Of a DNA stretch of 64,000 bases, positions 27,708-40,826 are shown in pieces; the stretch's first letter is position 1, and every line of letters begins with the position of its first letter. Both the position numbers and the translations under genes were made by a program. The stretch is from Eledone cirrhosa (taxonomy: Eukaryota): positions 177,320,001-177,384,000 of the forward strand of contig OZ024742.1 of NCBI GenBank assembly GCA_964016885.1. Direction: 5' to 3'. The notes beneath the pieces were generated by a model. That model made no database searches, was not told the origin of the DNA, and saw nothing but the letters and a program-made list of their open reading frames with translations.

Positions 27708-30284
27708 TATAAATGTATGTATGCATGTATTTATATATACAAGTAGACAGACAGATGTATGCAGGCAGTTAAAGAGCAATAGAAAGTTCAACCGGTACCG
27801 TTCAGCTCTTCAGATCATTGATCAAAGCAATAATAATTGTCCTACTATGGTGTTGAGATCGAAGAAATGTTCTCACCTAAGAATATCTAATTACAGTGAC
27901 ATATTTAAGTAATATGATATTATGATTATCGATAAACGTCGATAAATGGTTGATATATCACAGTGTCTCATATGGCATATATTGATCAGCATATATCATA
28001 TACTATTGTCATATAACCACAGAACTATTCAGCAAACATGTACTTTAACATAATGTATACAACAATTCTTCAAGTTGGCAATTCCACCACGACCATAGAA
28101 GTACACAGCTCTTTCAACATTATTGTTTACTTTATTTATTTTGCTACCTCTCTTCGTGAAAACTTCTGCTACTGCCATCCATTCTAATAACGGTAGAGTT
28201 TCTTTAAGGTACACACAGTTTGTTAATGTCTTTTCCTTGGTTTCCTTCCGTTATCACTACTAAAGAACGTTAATTTTAACTAACTGTCATCTATTTCAAT
28301 CATAGACAATTGATGCTAATTGCTTGGAAGTTAGACGTAAATACTTCTTTTCAGCTGACTTTGAGGAAAATAAATATTTATTGCTTCTTATTAGAAAACT
28401 GTTGAAGTAGCGTCGCCTTATTTTTATAGGGTGTCGTTGAGTTCACGAGACAGCATTAGAGTCTAAATGGCAATACTTGAGAGATTGATGAATATAAAGA
28501 GAAGTGAAAATAGGAATTCTAAATAGACATTTTATGAGGAAACTTTGTGCCATTCCTATATTTTTCTGTCTTTATTTCTCTTTTAGTTCAGATATTGACT
28601 TTTGAAATGACAATAATTTTGTATTAAGTTCTTTTTAATTTATTTTATTTCAATTTGCTATCGATTTAGAAATATAGTTATTTATTTTGTATTCTTTCAA
28701 TACATTTCAGAGTTCATATATTGTCATTGATTTATTTTTCAAGGTGGAGATGTGTCAATACATTAAACACACCTTCGTGATTGTCATAGAATAGGAGAGA
28801 AACACCCCACACGTTCAAAAGCTTCGATTCAATGTCTGCAGCATCTGTTCTCTGTTATAGCTATTTCAATTATATTGCTATTTCATTTCCAATTTCCATT
28901 TTTATACCTTAATCAAAGTTTAAGGCAGCACCTGATTTCATTCTTTCAGAGAAGAATTTGTTTTTGCTGGTGACATAATCAATAGGGTAGTTAATCATTA
29001 TCTAAAGTATTGTCAGATCTTAACCTTAATTCTCTCAAGCTCAGTTTACGTAGCTGTTAAATAGATATTATATGATACAGTTTAATCCTTGGTATTGGAT
29101 CAAGCAATATAGCAAAGCAATCGTATTCTTATGTGACATTTCCAACCACTCAACCATTCCTACGTCTACAATGAAGTAGTTAACTTGCAATATAGCCATG
29201 ATTATCTCGTCTTAATGTATTATACATATTTCGATGTTTCATTCACTTCTTTAACATAAATGGGTCTAATTTAGGAGATAATTAGATATCATTTTGTTCT
29301 TGTTTTTAGCTATATAGTTGAGCTCATCTCTTCGCTTCTAGGTAAATATAATAAGTATCAATATGTTATTCTGGTCGAGTGAATTAACTACATACCTTGG
29401 CATATATATCAGACAGCTTCCGAAATTTAGAAAAGATTATTAGATTTCTTAATGAATTATAAATGTTGTTATTATCATTTCTACATCTTCACCATCTGAC
29501 AAAGATGGCGTTCTGTTGTCATTCTCATTTTTAATTATGGATATAAAATACAAAATGTTTAATTTATAGCGGCAAATATTTAACAGATTATTGCTTTGAA
29601 TATGGCATGAGAATGGTTTTTGTTTTAATTTTAAACTAAATATCCGAATTGAAATATTTAGTTGTTTTGTGTGTAGGAATTATTTGAAAAATGTCAGTGT
29701 TTTGTGTAAAATTAAGCAACTACCAATGCATGGCATATATATTCCAACTTGTTGCTGTCGTTGTTGGTCAGCTCTCTCGTGTAGTCTTAAGGTTAACGGC
29801 ATTCAAGCCGTTGCAAGCGAGTATTTGTCCTGTATGCATAAAATGCATAACAACATTATATACGAAGCGGTATTTCCTTCACGGTAGTATCTAATTTTAG
29901 GTCGATTTTCCTGATATATTTAGTATATTTCCTAACCGCGGAGAGTTTAATTAGTTTGTGGCGCTCATTGATTAACGAATTATAGTTGAAACTATGTTAA
30001 AACCCATGTGTAGGAAGTTTATTTCAGTTTTTCAATATCTGATATATTTCTTGTAATCTCCAATATTTAATACACTGTTGCCTAGATGGTGTAGTGTGAT
30101 TCGTACCCACATATAAAGAGAATGTAAAAGAATAATACGGAGAGAATTTGCATATGGTTTGAAGGGGGAGCATACATGGAGAGTGGAGTGGTAGGAAACA
30201 CTTTAATGAAATAGATAGATAAAGAAAGCTTATATGACGAGCGGTCATATACAAAATCACATATATGCTCACACGAACATACGA

Positions 30285-30384
<100 letters not shown>

Positions 30385-30386
30385 AA

Positions 30387-30708
30387 CCCACCCGTCCCCT
30401 CAATCTATCTTATTCCTCAATCTTTCTTCTGATGAAGAACTAGCGACCGAAACTTTAAGACCCTTCTATATCAAGCTTTAACCTAATATATCCATTCCAT
30501 ATACTGTACCGATTGTGTTGTTATTTCTGTTTATCTTATCCCGCCCGTGCGCTCAATCTATTTTATTTCTCATTCTTTCTTCTGATGAAGGACTAGCTTC
30601 CGAAACGTTAAGACCCTCTTCCTGCTATATCAAACGTTAACCTAATATATACCTTCCATATACCATATACTGTACCGATTGTGTTGTTATTTCTGTTTAG
30701 CTTTTACA
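30387..30708 (+). mobile_element. Tandem dimer (~153-bp period) of a hammerhead-bearing unit
   Basis: Two head-to-tail copies CCC(A/G)CCCGT...CTGATGAAG...CGAAAC...CGATTGTGTTGTTATTTCTGTTTA between (TA)n and (CA)n. Confidence 0.85.
30578..30613 (+). ncRNA. Minimal type I hammerhead (degenerate sister copy at 30425-30460)
   Basis: UCUU-CUGAUGA-A-GGA(CUAGCU)UCC-GAA-ACGU-U-AAGA; palindromic stem III ACGU, typical of dimer-acting minimal HHRs. Confidence 0.85.
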
Positions 30709-30709
30709 T

Positions 30710-30743
<34 letters not shown>

Positions 30744-30788
30744 TACATAAGAAACGGAGAATCAGTATTGTGACGAATAACATTTATT

Positions 30789-30885
30789 AGACATATTACA
30801 ATCGTTTCTTTGGCGACCAACTCGAGAAACGATCGATGTAAGGATCGAACCTGACTCTGAAATCGTAAGGTCGTCAGATATCTCT
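30789..30885 (-). ncRNA. Type I hammerhead with ~60-nt stem II domain
   Basis: AGAGAUAU-CUGACGA-[long, partly paired]-GAA-AC(GAUU)GU-A-AUAUGUCU, stem I 7 of 8 bp, immediately followed by AAUAAA. Lies in a ~300-bp island between TA arrays. Confidence 0.6.
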
Positions 30886-31061
30886 CGATTCTTCGAAGTA
30901 GAGTTTCCAAATGTCCAGTTAGACCCGCGGCCCTCACTCGGTGGCTTAGATCCTGTTTTTGTCATTCTGTGATTGGTCAACAATTGTACACTTCATCGGT
31001 ATTTTTGGCCATTCATGGCCGTCCTATTTTTGGTTCCTTTCATTCGCCACCTATATATGTA

Positions 31062-31114
<53 letters not shown>

Positions 31115-32345
31115 ATTCATCAGCAAAAATAACGAGAAATAAACGATATAAAATAAAAGTATAGAGAGTGAGAAAAATAAGGAATAGAAAATAAAATTGG
31201 AGAAACAGCAGGTGTGTATTCAGTTAGCCATTTTGGTGAAATAAAAGAAATATATATATATAAACTCACACATAATAAATTGTCGGTTTCTGACTGCTCG
31301 AACAAGGTTTAGCGTCTTTCACACTTCTTAGTCCTATTTGACGAAGAGGACTTACATATACGATCCTCTAAAACCACTGATAACGATGCTTCAGAATATT
31401 CACTGTTTAATGTCTATAAAGACTAAGACATTACAAATTAAGAATAGTCATAGTATTTCAGATATTTATTGTAAAATTATTTACATGATCAACAGTTATT
31501 GCCCTCGTTTATCAAGAGAAGATTAAACAAGCTAAACAATGGATGTCTAAAAGGAAATAAAAATTTGGCATGAAATTTTCCAAACAAAATTCTGAGCCAA
31601 CTTGGGAACACAGTAAAAGTCGCTCGTCTTGCTAGTTGTAGCAACGGAATATCCACTAAATATCAAAACTCATCGTCTTAAATAAACAAATCTTATGTTA
31701 TATAATTAATTAATGTAATCTTCAATATACATTCAGACGGGACGTTAACATCAACAACGCCTGTCTTCATAGATTTGCATGATCAGAGATGATCTAAGGA
31801 TAAACAACAACAGCAATAACAGTCACAAAAACAGCATCAAAGATCACGGTGAAGATGAAGATATCAATCGTGGCAACGATTACGACGATAACAATGTCGA
31901 CAATGACCACAATAGTAATGACAGAAATGCCCTTGACAATAAGGAAAACTATGTCTAAAATGTCTGATAAACTGAAACATTTTTCAAATATCGGCTTTCT
32001 AATGGCCAAGTTAAGTATTAAAAAGGATAGCAACATCGGACTTCGTAACCAAGATTAAGTAAGCTTATATAATCTGGCATTTAATTCCACCGAAAAGAAA
32101 AGAGAAATAAACAGAAATATTTTTTTTAATACTCCATTATTAGGTGGGCGGCGTGTTTTAATACTATAGTTATATCTTGTTACCGTGATTTCGATAATGA
32201 CATGTATGTAGATACAGCTCAGTAACTAGGATGTTTATCAAAAGTCTGCGTATCTAGACACACACGCATATTATTATATCCATTGTTTGTCTGTCTCCCT
32301 TCCTATGAATCTCTATATTTGCTCTATATTTATTGAGGTGTGTGC

Positions 32346-32447
<102 letters not shown>

Positions 32448-32580
32448 CTATGTATGTGTGTGAGTGTGTATGGGTTTATATATATATATATATATATTGT
32501 ATAATATAGATATGGCTTCTACAGGGCTAGGACTGTTTAATTTGAAGGAAGTTATGATTATTATGATTATTATTATTATT

Positions 32581-34849
32581 CTTTGAGTATCAGTCATTGA
32601 TGTTATTTAACTGGAAAGTTTGTTGAAATGAACATCAAGCCGCTACCTACAGCCTCAGATATTCAGGACGTATCGGAGTGTTCTTGCTGTTCCCAGCAAG
32701 CATACCTTTTGAAGTGTTCCAAAAAGCGGGGCTGGACTAATTTTCTTTAACCATCCTTGGAAACTCTTTGAGATAGTACCTAGTGCGCCTATGACAATCG
32801 GTAAGACTCTGACTTCATAGCAGTTCCAAATCCTTTTTACCTCTCACTTTAAGTCCTGGTATTGGTTAATTTTCTCCCTCTCTTTTTCTTGCACTCTCGT
32901 GTCAAATGGGCAGGCTACATCTACACTCAGGCACGACCTTTTTTCCTTGTCCAAAACCACCAGGTCAGGCCTATTGTGTTCCGGTTTCTTATTCGTCTGT
33001 ATCCTAAAATCCCATAGCACCTTCACCTGATCGTTTTCTATCACCGACTCTGGCTTATGCTCATACCACTTCTCAGAATGTGTTAAAATGTTTACTTTGC
33101 ATAGGTGCCAGTGGATTACCCTGCCTTTATAGTCAGTCTCAGCTAGGTGTCTCCAGCCTTTATAGTCAGTCTCAGCTAGGTGTTTACACTCGGATACAAT
33201 GTGAGCCACAGTCTCCTTTCTCTCTCCAAAGATCCTACACAGTGGGCTAGCCTCCTCCTTGTAAAGATGGTGTTTCACCAACCTCGTTCTGAGGGCCTGC
33301 TCTTGCGCAACAATTAGCATTCCGTCTGTAGCCTTTTTAAGGTCTCCTCTTTTTAACCAGTTCCATGTCTGTGGATCTCTAAATTCAGTTTTCTGAAAGA
33401 AGGTACTATGAAGGCATTTTTCATGAAGGTTGCTCTTCCTCCTTGTTGTTAATTCCTCCTTGGACATCCCCTGGTCTATTGTTCCCTCCTTCAGTACAAT
33501 TCTGAGCATTGGCTCCCTACTGTCAGTCACGTATTTGTATTTGTGCAGGTTGTTTTTCTCCATCTGAACATAGTCCTCCATGCTGATAAGATATCTTCCA
33601 CGTTCACATCTCTTTAAGTAGAGTCTATCGACATCACTCCTCTTGTGGAACATGTTGTAGATAGTCAATAGCTTCTTAGTCTTCCTATCCATTTCTTTTT
33701 GTTCAGCAACATTCCATTTCAGAATTCCCGCACTGTACCTAATAATAGACACAGCTCGGGAATTCACTGCACTTATGACATTCCTACTATTTAGATGTGA
33801 TTTTAATACGCTTCTTACTCTCCTAATGTACTCAGATCTTATCAATTCCTTCATATTTTTTGTTCTTGATGTCATCAGCCTCCATATCACCTAAATATTT
33901 GTATCTTTCTTTAGTGTCAAATTCCTTTACTTTATCATCTCACCTGTTGATACATGGATGCCGTTGCTTCTGCTAAATTTACCCCTCTTCATCACTAGGA
34001 CTCCACACTTATTAATTACAAATTGCATACATATATCATTGCTGAAAATACGTGTCAACAATTACATCCAACTCCATCTCACTCTTCCCAAAGAGTTTAA
34101 GATCGTCCATGAAGAGGAGGTGGTTGATGGTAAGCTCTCCTTTTCCCAACATGTATCCTGCTCTCACTTTTTGCAGAATAATGGTCAGGGGTATCAGGGC
34201 AAGGACAAACAACAGAGGGGACAAACTATCTCCCTGAAAGAAACCTCTCTTGATCTTCACGCCTCTCAATGATTCTGTTTCCCAGGACTTCATACTTTTG
34301 CTCAACAACTGTCTGGTGTTATCTGCCACCTTAAAGATCTCTAGGCTTTTGGTTATCCAAGAATGAGGTACCATGTCGAATGCGTTTTTGTAGTCTATCC
34401 ATCCCATGGCAACACCAGTGTGACTCCTCTTGCAATTACTCATTACCATCTTATCAATAAGTAGCTGGTCTTTTGTACCACGGGACTTCTTTCGGCATCC
34501 TTTCTGTTTGTCCGGTAACAAGTTGTTTATGTGGAGGTGATGGTAGATTTCCTCAGACACAATGCTTGTTAACAGTTTCCACATTACGGATAGACATGTG
34601 ATAGGTCTATAGTTGGTAACATCATTACCCTTGACTCGGTCTTTCATTACCAGAGTGTGCTACCTTTTGTCAACCACTCTGGTACCTCATCCGATATCAA
34701 GCAGTCATTCAACATGGTTGTCAGTTTCGGGTGGAGGGTTGTTATATTTTTAATCCAATATCCCTGCACACCATCTGGGCCTGGTGATTTCCAGTTGGTT
34801 AGTTTTCTAGCCTGCCCTTTAAGAGTTTCAACTGTGATATTTAAATCAG

Positions 34850-34853
<4 letters not shown>
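32581..34853 (-). mobile_element. R4/Dong-type RLE non-LTR retrotransposon, 5'-truncated, in (TAA)n
   Basis: NYRPITCL, IDYKNAFD, QGDSLSPLLF, FMDDLKL, CRIFGERKETVAHIVSEC (degenerate CCHC), RPDLVV..VDVACP..EKINQYQDL. (ATT)n on both sides; frameshifted. Confidence 0.92.
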
Positions 34854-34891
<38 letters not shown>

Positions 34892-35099
34892 GGCGACCTA
34901 CGTAGGAAATCGTATTATCGTGAGCTCCGCAAAGGTTTGTTATTTCCGTTTGTTTAAAAATTGCCATTTATGGAAAATTTTATTGTAAACTGTTTATAAG
35001 CACACATACATTGTTTTCCGAAAAGGACACCCAATAAGATTGGGGCCTTGTGCCCAAAATTTTAACTTTTATTATTATCCAAAAATTTCTTTGAAAAAA

Positions 35100-37092
35100 A
35101 TGGCTAATTCCCCTCTGCACGAAGCAGCTGAAAGCCTTCCTCACAAAATAACACCTCACACCGACACCACCATTGTAAATGTTACTACGTTTGCCAACAC
35201 AAAAAAAAATATAAGCAGTAGCAATATTTTAAATTTGTCTCAGGCAGACATTCATTTCCCGCCATTACCAATGACTGCAGGTGTTAAACCCTCCACCACC
35301 ACCACCACCGCGACAACCACCACCACCACCACCACCGCGACAACAGAAACAAAAGAAGAAAAAAATAAAGTAACTCGTGACGTCGAAATGAAATCAAGCA
35401 AAATGGACGCTTCCCCACCAAAGACGACTGACGTCACCACAACCACAACTGAAAATAAAATTAATATTAACGATAGCAACAACAACAACAATGACATTAT
35501 AAAACCGACCCTCAGTTTCGCCATCGTAGCAAAACAATTCGAAGCGTTCACGGTAACTCAAGAAGATTTAGAAAATACCAAAGAAATGGTAAAGAAAGAT
35601 GGGTACAGGGTCAGACTCACCCCCCCCCCCCCCACCTAATAAAATGGAGCATCGGCACCTATGCACCGTGTCGTATAGAACAATAAATGTAAAATCGCGC
35701 CGAGTGGAACGGGCATCCGAGTCCCAAATCCAAAAAGCTTTGGGACATGTGTGGGCAAGAAAAACCCACATCAGACGTGGGCAAAAGTATGGAACCGTGG
35801 ATGTGTTCTTTGAAACACCAGAGGAGGCTAGAGAACACTCCATGGCCTCATTAAAAAGTGACGACTTCACACTCGTCCCAAGCTATTGTGGCCAGAGACT
35901 CGTAAAGATCAGGGTGACCCACGTTCCACCGGCCATCGAAATTCCCTGGCTAATAGCGACTGTCATCGCCGGCATCGAGGCCAACACGAAAATAATAACA
36001 ATAGCAAAAGAAAAGCAGGAAAACTGGTCCGGATCCGGGATGGAGCTCCTGATCCAAGCGGACCAAAAAAGCATTGAGGTGATCCCAGAGGTAATAGACC
36101 TCACTGACGGCAGCCACCTCACGGTAATTGTCGATGGCAGAAGACCTAGGTGTGTCGTTTGTGGTGAAGGAACACACCTAAGGGCTTTCTGCCCTCAGGC
36201 TAAAAGGTTGAGGCCACCTCTCCTACCCACCCCAGTGACACAACCATCAACACCACCAGTAGCAGAGATGGCAGCAACAACTGTAGCAGCAACAACAGAA
36301 GCAACTATAACAGCAACAACCCCAGCAACAGTAGCAAAACCAACACCACTACCACCACCAGCAAAACCAACACCACCACCACCCAACGCTTCAGAACTAG
36401 CACCAGCGCCTACACCATCCACCACACCACAACCAAAACTAACGGCTGTGGAGGATTTTCCACTCCCCGGCCTATCACAACTGGAGACAGATTGTGACGA
36501 CGAGGAGTGGGAAACGATATCCGGAAAAAAAAAAAGAAACCAAAAAAGAAAAAATTCTCTTCCTTCCCCCTCCAAAAACAAAATACAGAGGGAAACAAAT
36601 AAACTAAGAAACAAAAAAGTTAGGACAGATATGCCACCATCCACACCAGCATCACCAACCCTATCAACCCAAACACCAACACCATCACCATCATTAACTC
36701 CAACACCACCATCACCTACACCACAAAAGTCACCAAAATGCGAAACAGAAACAAACCCACAACAAACGCAAACAAAACAAAACAACCAAAACCATACACA
36801 CTACACAGCATTAAATTTGAACAACAAGCAATTATTGCACTACATCCAACACAACACCAGCATCACAGAAAAAGACTACACAACAACCCCAAAATTCACA
36901 CCACCTCCACACATACAAATCACTCGCATCACACAGAAAACGTACATGACACTAAAACAAAAATTCGCCAAAGACATCGGAGACTTCCGACAAGCACTCT
37001 CCAGGAGGATTTATAAGGACATCCTTCCTGAGGAGGCCACAAGCAGTGAAAAGGATGGAAAAACCGTCCTTCCCCTACGAGAAGTAAGGTAA
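35100..37092 (+). pseudogene. LINE ORF1 (CCHC zinc knuckle), frameshift in poly-C at ~35620-35633
   Basis: CVVCGEGTHLRAFC; homologous to the ORF1s at 47229-48161 and 52229-53587; Pro/Thr-rich linker. Confidence 0.88.
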
Positions 37093-37126
37093 GTGGTCTT
37101 TCCCATCTTTTCCACTCCTTTTCAAC

Positions 37127-40100
37127 ATGACCTCACTCAGAATAGGCAGCATAAATGCGCGTGGCTTGGGGTCGTCATGGAAGCAGGGCCACCTGCTCAA
37201 CGACCTCAGGTCACTAAACATAGATGTAGTGGCCATCAGCGAGACCAGAATCTCCGAAGCACGGGCTTTCGCACCGATCTTCGGCGGCTACGATGTGTAC
37301 ACATCTCCCAGCCGTCCGGGATCGGGGGGAGGAGTTGCTGTGCCTTTTCGGAGAGGTTTGGATCTTGCCATACGGGCCATCTTCCTGGACCCAGAAGGTA
37401 AGTTGGTGGAGCTGGACGTGACCAGCGGAGACGGGCAAGCTTTCAGGTTAGTGGCCGTCTATGCCCCGACAGGAGCAGGGCGGCCTGATTTCTTCCGGCG
37501 TCTGGAGACCTTTCTTGGAACGTCCCGCTCTTTAGTGTTAGTGGGCCACTGGAACGGGATCTTAGATGCACGCTGGGATTGTGTGGGATTAGAGGATAGG
37601 GAAGGAGGGTGCAAGAGTCTCACCAACCTGCTCAGACGTTTTGAACTGTCTGACAGGTACCGAATGGATTTCCCGAATGTACCAATGTGGACTTGGACAA
37701 ATCGCATAGGGTCATCCAGATCATATCTAGATAGAGTATTTTGTAGGGAAATAGATAGGTCTAGCATAGGCTGTCCACAATTCAAGATAGTCAGCTACAC
37801 GGACCACAAATTCGTGATCTGTGTGCTTGACTTAGATAGGCTTCATAGACGAGAACCCGGCTAATGGAAGCTAAACGCGTCCTTACCAGCGCGCAAGGCC
37901 TACAGAGACCGGATTAGCGAACTAGTTAAGCGGGCGTTGACGGGGGCCATCGTCAACAACAAGTGGTGGTTTGCTCTGAAAAGAGCAATTAGAATAGAGT
38001 CCATTAGGTTTAGTAAGACTTTAGCAATAGAGAAAAATAGAGCAGAGGGAGAATTAGTTAGAAAATTAGATGAGGCGCTTAGCAAAGGCATCGCGACCGA
38101 CGTACTTGCGGCGAAATTGGCCCTTGACCAATTCTTCAATGCAAATCGAAGGCTGCGTTGTCAGGGCTAGGGTGCGTGCTCTCAGACACGAGGGGACGAA
38201 AGCCGTTCAATGGGCCCGAGTGGCGGAGGCGCGTCGTGGCAACAAAGCCACGATCCGGTCTTTGGTGGACCACGACGGGCGCATGCTACTCGATCCCGGG
38301 CAAATGTGTGAAGCTTTTCAGCGACACTTCGCTCAACTGTTCGGGGGCAGTGGCGGGCCGGATCGAGGGATGGACTTTAGTGTCTACCTCGACGGACTGC
38401 CGCGGCTTTCGGCCACTGAGGCGGAGTGTTGCGAAAAGCCGATAACAACCGCTGAAGTACGGGATGCAATAACTAGTTGCACAAGGGGCAAATCGCCTGG
38501 TTTGGATGGTCTGCCCTATGAACTTTACGTACAAATGCCAAACTTGTTCGGAGGCCTCTTGGCGGACGTCTACTGCAACTGGCAACAGAACGGGAGAATT
38601 CCCAGCTCTGTGAGCCGAGGAGCGGTGGCGCTGCTGAGAAAGGATCCGAACAAGGGGGATAACATAGATAATTTTAGGCCCATAACTCTGCTAAACACAG
38701 AGTTCAAGATTTTGGCCAAGGTGCTAGCAAAGAGGTTGGTGCTTGTCGTTGGTGGTCTGGTGGGAGAGGCACAGACATGCGCCATTCCCGACAGATCCAT
38801 CCACGACAACCTCCACCTCATGCGATACATCGTAGAGAGCCTGGCACGGGTGGGTCTTTGATCAATTTAGATCAGTCGAAAGCCTTCGATAGGGTCGACC
38901 ATCGTTACCTAGCGGCAGTCCTGAGGGCGGCTGGCTTTGGGCCCGTCTTCAGAGGCTGGATCGCTGCCATGCACAGCGACATCTGCTCTGTAGTGAGAGT
39001 GAACGGTCACCTTTCGGAACCGTTCAACATCATGCGCTCGGTCCGCCAAGGATGTCCCCTCTCGTCCCTATTGTACGTATTGACTCTCGAGCCATTACTG
39101 CACAAACTGGTGACGTTGAGGGGGGTCCCGCGCGAACTAGGATGCGGAAGATCCGTGTCAGCATATGCGGACGATGTCACCGTAGAGGTGTCGAACGCCA
39201 AACACATCGAGGCGATCGGCACTACACTAAGAGAATACGAAGCGGTGACAGGAGCAATGATCAACCAGGAAAAGTCAGTGGGCCTGCAGCTCGGCACCTG
39301 GAGAGGCAGGTCCATGCCGTCCAACAGTGTCGTCGGGCGTTGGACGGACGGACCGGTTAAATTGCTAGGGGTCTGGTTCGGTCCAGACCTCCAGACGGAC
39401 AAAAACTGGGACGAGGTGACGAGCAGGGTGGCTTCTCTCACCCAGAAATGGGCCGAGAGGAAGCTATCCCTGAAAGGTCGAGCGGAGGTGGCGAATGCGT
39501 ACATCGCATCCGTCATCTACTACCGCCTGACCGTCGTACCTTGTCCTAAGCCCCGCCTGACTGCGCTGGAGCGTTTGCTCTTTCGCTTCTTGTGGAAGGG
39601 ACGCGCTCCGATGGTCAGGCGGTCCATCTGCTGTCAACACCCGCTACGTTGAGGGCTGGGCATGCCGTGGCTGATGATGCGCAGACACGCGCTCAGGCTA
39701 CGACAATTCCACCTCTTCCTCGACGGTGATCAGGTGTGGTCGCCGTTTGCAAGACACGTTTTTCCCCAGCTCGTCTCCTTGACGGAGCTGCAGTCCTGGG
39801 TCAAGCGAAGACCGAGAGGGAGCGCTTGGAGACTGGAATGTCTTCAGGCGCTCACGGCCCTCGACCAATGGGGCAATGTGATCGGTGGAAACTCCACCTT
39901 GGCGTTCTATAGGGGATTAGTGGAGGGGAAGAGCGACGACGTACTTGGAGAAACTGTAGGCGTCGACGAAAATCAACTAGCCAATCTATTCGGAAGGACT
40001 TTCGGGCCGGGGCCTATGGACAACCTCCAGAAATCCCTGGCCTGGCAGTGCTACCGAGGAGCTTTGCCAGTTCGGTATAAACTCTACAGGCATGGAGGTG

Positions 40101-40531
40101 CCGTCAGTCGGGCATGTCCGAGATGCGCGCAGGGCGAGGAAACCGTCCTGCACGCACTCGTCCAGTGTCCGAGCATTGCTGACTTGTGGGTTTATGTCGA
40201 ACACCTGCTGTCACGTGTAGGACCTATCCAGCTATCAGCTGAGTCCATCGTGAGGATTGCCCCGCCCCCTTCCTTTAGCCTGGAAGGGCAGGCAGTTTTT
40301 ATCTGTCTGGTGGCCATGGCGAAAGAGATAGTATGGTGGACACGTTTGAAAGGGCTGAAGACGAGCACTTACCTCTTCGGTGATGCCCTGATTAACATTT
40401 TCAAATTTCATTTGAAAAGGAAAATCAGGGTAGAGAGGGAAATGCTCTCTTCCCAGCATTTTGTTGAAAGATGGGTGAGAGAAGCAAGTATGGCCCGAAT
40501 GAATGGGCCTACTCTGAGTATGTGTCTGTAA
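37127..40531 (+). pseudogene. LINE ORF2 (APE endonuclease + RT + CCHC) with stops and frameshifts
   Basis: SINARG, AISET, YLDR, YTDH, KSPGLDG, FRPITLLN, DQSKAFDRV, RQGCPLS, YADD, CPRC..H...C. Stops at 37862 and 39650, shifts at ~38145 and ~38838. Confidence 0.93.
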
Positions 40532-40826
40532 ATTAAAGGTGGAAAACTGGGAGAGGGCACTTGCCCTGGTGGTCAGGGCCACTGTGGTCTTTTAATGGGC
40601 TTTCTCCACAAATGTCCCTTGGAAGTCTCCCCCCTATTGGGGAATTTTTCTTTGTTATTTTATTTCAACCTCTGTTTTTTTACACGCAGAAATGCCCATT
40701 TGTACCGTCCTGTATTGTCCTGTACTGTCCTTAATGTCTACTTTATGTGAACCCTTGTGGTTAATAAAGAAAACATTATTATTATTATTGTTCTTTGAGT
40801 CTCATTATTATTATTATTATATATAT

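Larger units (their letters stand above)
34892..40774 (+). mobile_element. Full-length Tx1/L1-clade LINE, copy 1 (disabled)
   Basis: 5'UTR, ORF1 with gag knuckle, ORF2 APE-RT-CCHC, AATAAA then (ATT)n; (ATT)n also precedes it. Confidence 0.93.

Noticed and set aside
31794-32058. ORFs in an ACA/ACG-rich tract
   Set aside because: Degenerate trinucleotide repeat with no protein motif.
32505-32555. Relic resembling the 60783 hammerhead
   Set aside because: Stem III region recognisable but the core is destroyed; not called as a ribozyme.
34892-35000. HDV-like ribozyme at Tx1 5' ends
   Set aside because: Could not build the nested double pseudoknot by eye in any of the three 5'UTRs.
36195-36785. 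Antisense ORFs over LINE ORF1/ORF2 (also 39007-39516, 47009-48295, 52334-52956)
   Set aside because: Shadow frames of low-complexity or GC-rich coding strands, with no independent motifs.
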